Below are positions 61,449 through 64,000 of a stretch of 64,000 nucleotides of DNA, one piece after another (within the stretch, counting starts at the first letter, position 1; each line of letters starts with the position of its first letter). The stretch covers positions 63,077,420 through 63,141,419 of the forward strand of contig NC_058133.1 of NCBI RefSeq assembly GCF_016433145.1, in the 5' to 3' direction. The notes beneath the pieces were generated by a model. That model was not told the origin of the DNA, searched no databases, and saw nothing but the letters and a program-made list of their open reading frames with translations. A program made the translations under genes and the position numbers. This DNA comes from Gracilinanus agilis. Its lineage: Eukaryota.

Positions 61449-63450
61449 AGCAAGGATGCACATTATTCCCACTATTGTTCAATATTGTACTAGAAATGTC
61501 AGCTATAGCAAGAAGAAAAAGAAAATTTAAGGAATTAGAATAGGCAATGGGGAAACAAAACTACCATTCTTTGCAGATGATATAATGGTATTCTTAGAGA
61601 ATCAACTAAAACTCTATTTGAAATTATTAACAACTTTAGTCAAGCTACAGGATATAAAATAAATCCACATAAATCATCATCATTTCTTTACATTCCCAAA
61701 AAAGTCTAGCAGCAACAGGTAGAAAGAGAAATCTCATTTAAAATAACTGTGGATAACATAATATTCTTTGAATCTACATGTCAAGACAAACCCAGGAATT
61801 TTATGTACACAATTACAAAATACTTTTCACACAGATAAAGTCAGATCTAAACAATTGGAAAAATGTTAATTTTCATTGAGTAGGCTGAGCCAATATAATA
61901 AAAATGATAACTCTACCTAAATAAATTTACTTATTGAGTGCCATACCAATCAAACTACTAAGAAGTTATTTTATAGAGCTAGAAAAAAATAAAAACAAAA
62001 TTAATCTGCAAGAACAAAAGATCAAGAATATCAAGGGAATTAATGGGAAAAAATGTGAGGCAAAGTGACCCCGCCCTACTAGATCACAAACTGTATTAAA
62101 AAGCAGTGATAATCAAAACAATCTGGTACTGGATAAGAAGTAGAGTGCCAGATCAGTGGAGGAGACACAATATACAATAGTACACAGTATACATAGTCAA
62201 TGAACATAACAATCTAGTATTTGATAAATCCAAAAATTCAAGCAGCTAGAATAAGAACTCACTAATTGACAAAAACTGATGGGAAAACTGGAAAAGAAGA
62301 TGGCAGAAATGAAATCTAGGCAAACATCTCACATTGTATACTAAAATAAGGTAAAAATAAATACGTGATTTAGACATAAAGATGATACCATAAGCAAATT
62401 AAGGGAGCATGGAATAGCTTACCTTTCAGATCTATAGATGAGGGAAGAATTTAGGACCAAACAAGAAATAGAGAAGCATGACAAGATTATATTAAATTAA
62501 AAAGGTTTTGCACAAATAAAACCAATGCAACCAAGATTAGGAGAGCAGAAAACTGGAGGGAAAGTTTTATGGCAAATATCATCTCTGACAAAGGCCTCAT
62601 TTCTCAAATATATAAAGAACTATGTCAAATGTGTAAGAAAACAAGTTATTCCTTAACTGAAAAAATGGTCAAAGGATATGAACAGTTTTCATAAAAAGAA
62701 ATCAAAACTCTCTATAATAATATGAAAAAATAATCTAAATCACTATTGATTAGAGAAATGAAAATTGAAACAACTCTGAGATGCTACCTGACATCTATCA
62801 GACTGGATGATATGACAGAAATGGAAAATGATGATAAATGTTGGAGGGTTGTGGGAAATTGGGACATTAATATATTGCTGGTGGGGCAGTGAATTGATCC
62901 AACCCTTCTGGAGAACATTATAAAAGTACCCATACCCCTCTTTGATCCAGAAATACCACTACTAGGTCTGTATCCCAAAGAGGTTTTTAAAAATGGGAAG
63001 GGACCTTATTTGCACAAAAATATTATAGCAGCCCTTTTTGTGGTGTCAAAGAATTAGAAAATGAGGGGATGTCTATCCATTGGGAAACGACTGGACAAAT
63101 TGTTGTAAATTATTGTAAAGGGATACAATTCTATTAGAAAATGATGAGTAAAATGGTTTTAGAAAAACCTAGAAAGACTCACAAGAACTGATGCAAAATG
63201 AAGTGCCAGAAGAACATTGTTCATAATAACAGCAATATTGTATAATGATAAAATGAATGACAGATATTCTGAGCAAATATGATGATCCAAAACAATTCCC
63301 AAAAAGAGTTCATGTATCCACCTCTGGATAAAGAACTGATAGAGTCTGAATGAAGACCAAAAGATAGTATTTTTCACTTTATTTTCTTCTTGAAGTTTTT
63401 TTTTTAATGTGTTCTCTTCTACACCATGACAATATGGAAATATATATATG
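61449..63450 (+). mobile_element. L1 ORF2 3' half (RT to 3'UTR), antisense to CCDC181
   Basis: FADDIM motif at 61570; colinear similarity to 16320-18550; degraded frame. Confidence 0.9.
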
Positions 63451-64000
63451 ATTTCAGGGACCTGAGCATGTTTGTAAGCAGAGAAAAAGGCACCATTAGC
63501 AAGGAAAAGACTGAAGACACTTTAAGGAGGAGGATGTCTAAAAGCTGGGAGAGATGAGATTAAGTGAGATTAGGGTTCCGGAAACATCATTAACCTGTGG
63601 GTAATAGTACAAGTGGTTCTTTTGTGCCTGAAAGAGGGGGAAAGGAGAAATTTTAAAGAAGGAAAGGGCGCTGAGTGAGTTAATGTTACATAATCTTACC
63701 CTTCTTAGTGAAAGAGGAGGCTAAGTCATTTGTTAAAGAGTGCTGGGTGGTGAGGATAGCATTTCTAGAGAGAAGAAAATGTCCAAAATAATTGCTTTAG
63801 GGGAGGACGTAGGAACTCAGTAAGGATTGAACAAAAAGATTGAGCAGCATAAATAGTCCACTTGAAGACATGTGCCATAAATCTGTACCAGGTAAAGTTA
63901 ACATTATTTCATTTCTTTTCCCAGTGACATCTAGTACTCTTAAAGCACTGGTGGGAGGTATTGCAAAAGAAGGGATACTGATATATTAAACCTCCATGAT

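Overview
Mammalian genomic DNA, almost certainly marsupial and most likely a didelphid opossum, judged from SINE1_MD-like and MAR1-like SINEs, RTE remnants and strong CpG depletion. The 75-N sized gap at 12568-12642 indicates a scaffolded assembly. The window is the NME7 <- -> BLZF1 -> <- CCDC181 syntenic block known from human 1q24. It contains (i) NME7 exon 1 on the minus strand, coding only the ATG (27332-27334), followed by more than 27 kb of intron 1 (exon 2 not found by eye); (ii) a CpG-rich bidirectional promoter at about 27000-28200; (iii) the complete BLZF1/golgin-45 CDS on the plus strand, 6 coding exons, 401 aa, with all splice phases consistent; (iv) the last three coding exons of CCDC181 on the minus strand. 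The rest is mostly L1, L2, CR1, RTE, MIR/MAR1/SINE1, solo LTRs and hAT MITEs. I found no new protein-coding system; nearly all ORF-track ORFs are repeat-derived or chance. The best unexplained signals are an orphan CpG island (~6200-7155) inside NME7 intron 1, a convergent pair of CTCF motifs at and beside it, nearby GC-shifted ancient repeats, a duplicated 31-bp CTCF-like element (20372/20984), a hAT1-like MITE of a possibly horizontally transferred family, an RTE 3' fragment with an internal 47-bp duplication, and a possible tankyrase-motif-less BLZF1 isoform. Gene and repeat-family names come from recognition, not database searches; repeat boundaries without TSD or TIR evidence are approximate.
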